A stretch of 17,434 bases of DNA from a virus (Duplodnaviria; Heunggongvirae; Uroviricota; Caudoviricetes): IMG/VR virus record IMGVR_UViG_2671180606_000003, positions 1 through 17,434 of that record. One strand, 5' to 3'. Numbering within the stretch: position 1 is the first letter of the stretch; every line of letters begins with the position of its first letter. A program made the translations under genes and the position numbers. This document shows positions 16,403-17,434 of this stretch, piece after piece. The notes under the pieces are model-generated. The model did no database searches. It had not been told where the DNA came from and saw only the letters and a program-made list of their open reading frames with translations.

Positions 16403-17434
16403 ATGGAAAAAAGCATTAGCACATTTATGTACCTATCCGTTTTATTAGGTTGTATATTCTTATTTATAAAATATCGACTTTATGTTCTCGATCATAGAAG
16501 CTTGTTCCAACAACCCTTGTTCTGGGCTGCAATAGGCCTACCTTTATTCACCAGCCTTTACTTTGGTTCTTTTGTCTGGATAGATAAAATACACTCTTTT
16601 AGTCTTACAAGTCACGGTTATGAGAGATTTTTAGATATCTCGAAATTACCATTACTCATCCTTGCATCTGCAGTACCTTTAGTTTCAATAGTAAACAACC
16701 TACACAGAACCAAACAAACAGAAAAACAGATCTCAGAGGCAGAAAGGAAAAACAGGGTAGATTTATATTACAACCACATGAAATTTCATCTTGATTTATA
16801 TAAAAAAATCGAAGGAAAAAGAATAGGCAGCTACTACCCGGTTCAGGAAGCTCAAGCTGAAGCAATCTACCAACATTTTATAAAACATCCACAAGAACTA
16901 TATAGAAAAGCATACCCACAATCTACGCCTGATGATTCTCAACAATTAGATATTAATGAGCAATTTGTTATTGATTTACACAAATGTTGGGTAGAAATCA
17001 ACGCAAGACTCAAGCAATTATCCGAGAGTGAAAATCAAATACATCCTACAGAGGAACTTTGCACAACAAAGATGAGAATATTTGTAGGAGTTATGATTAT
17101 TTATGAAAAAACTTGTAAACTGTTGTGTTTAGGTGGATTTCATTATAAAAAGTCATTTGTAATAAATGATAGTTATAATAAATACCAAGTTTATTCACCA
17201 TTTTATGATTTTGGCACTCTGTACGAATCACTGCAATCCTTAGAAGAGATAACCTACGCCTTCTTGGATACTTGCAGAAATGAAGTGGTAAACTTGTACT
17301 TCCCTATAGAAGATAAAATTTTGATATATGGTGAAGGGATTCTAGAGAATTGGTTCAAGTATTCTCAGTTCTTGATCACTATAGCTTATCAACCCGCCAA
17401 GATGTCTCGCTTACCCCAGCTGAGACGCGATTGA
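16403..17434 (+). CDS. Membrane-anchored cargo protein (343 aa) coupled to the 3' end of int
   Basis: ATG 2 nt after the int stop; two or three N-terminal hydrophobic helices (FMYLSVLLGCIFLFI, LFWAAIGLPLFTSLYFGSFVWI, LPLLILASAVPLVSIV) followed by an approx. 230-aa soluble domain; strongly AT-rich; ends exactly at the window edge. Confidence 0.75.
   Translation: MEKSISTFMYLSVLLGCIFLFIKYRLYVLDHRSLFQQPLFWAAIGLPLFTSLYFGSFVWIDKIHSFSLTSHGYERFLDISKLPLLILASAVPLVSIVNNLHRTKQTEKQISEAERKNRVDLYYNHMKFHLDLYKKIEGKRIGSYYPVQEAQAEAIYQHFIKHPQELYRKAYPQSTPDDSQQLDINEQFVIDLHKCWVEINARLKQLSESENQIHPTEELCTTKMRIFVGVMIIYEKTCKLLCLGGFHYKKSFVINDSYNKYQVYSPFYDFGTLYESLQSLEEITYAFLDTCRNEVVNLYFPIEDKILIYGEGILENWFKYSQFLITIAYQPAKMSRLPQLRRD

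Larger units (their letters stand above)
1061..17434. mobile_element. Defective P2/186-family prophage integrated at the 3' end of ssrA (continues past the window end)
   Basis: Contiguous phage gene set (ogr, D, U, T remnant, Q remnant, A, dam, cII, apl, cI, int) in P2/186 prophage order starting right after the tmRNA CCA end; the exact att core within the ssrA 3' end is not delimited and the distal att is outside the window. Confidence 0.85.

Noticed and set aside
16656-16865. ORF 16656-16865 (-) inside the 343-aa membrane-protein gene
   Set aside because: Antisense to the longer, RBS-supported, int-coupled ORF.
1-17434. CRISPR arrays, rRNA or tRNA genes, insertion sequences
   Set aside because: No spaced short direct repeats, no rRNA-like segments, no tRNA apart from the tRNA-like domain of tmRNA, and no transposase-like ORFs or terminal inverted repeats were seen.

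Overview
This window covers the enterobacterial smpB-ssrA (tmRNA) locus and about 16.4 kb of a defective P2/186-family prophage integrated just 3' of ssrA. The prophage keeps the tail-end genes ogr, D and U, a truncated tape-measure gene fused across a deletion junction to a likely portal-gene fragment, and an intact replication and lysogeny module (A, dam, TraR-like, cII, apl, cI, int). Most virion genes are missing, so it cannot be a viable phage. Four AT-rich cargo loci sit between these backbone blocks. The most interesting is a translationally coupled two-gene operon (5127-6778, minus strand) encoding a HipA-family Ser/Thr kinase core followed by a protein that fuses a HipA-N-terminal-like module to a HIRAN domain, a candidate toxin-antitoxin or abortive-infection module. 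The other three are a 322-aa protein in the cos-to-A region, a 343-aa membrane protein coupled to the 3' end of int, and a 160-aa BRCT-domain protein between ssrA and ogr. A LexA-box promoter drives a 62-aa ORF at the position where 186 carries its SOS-inducible antirepressor. All assignments are from reading the sequence and recalled family signatures; no database search was run.
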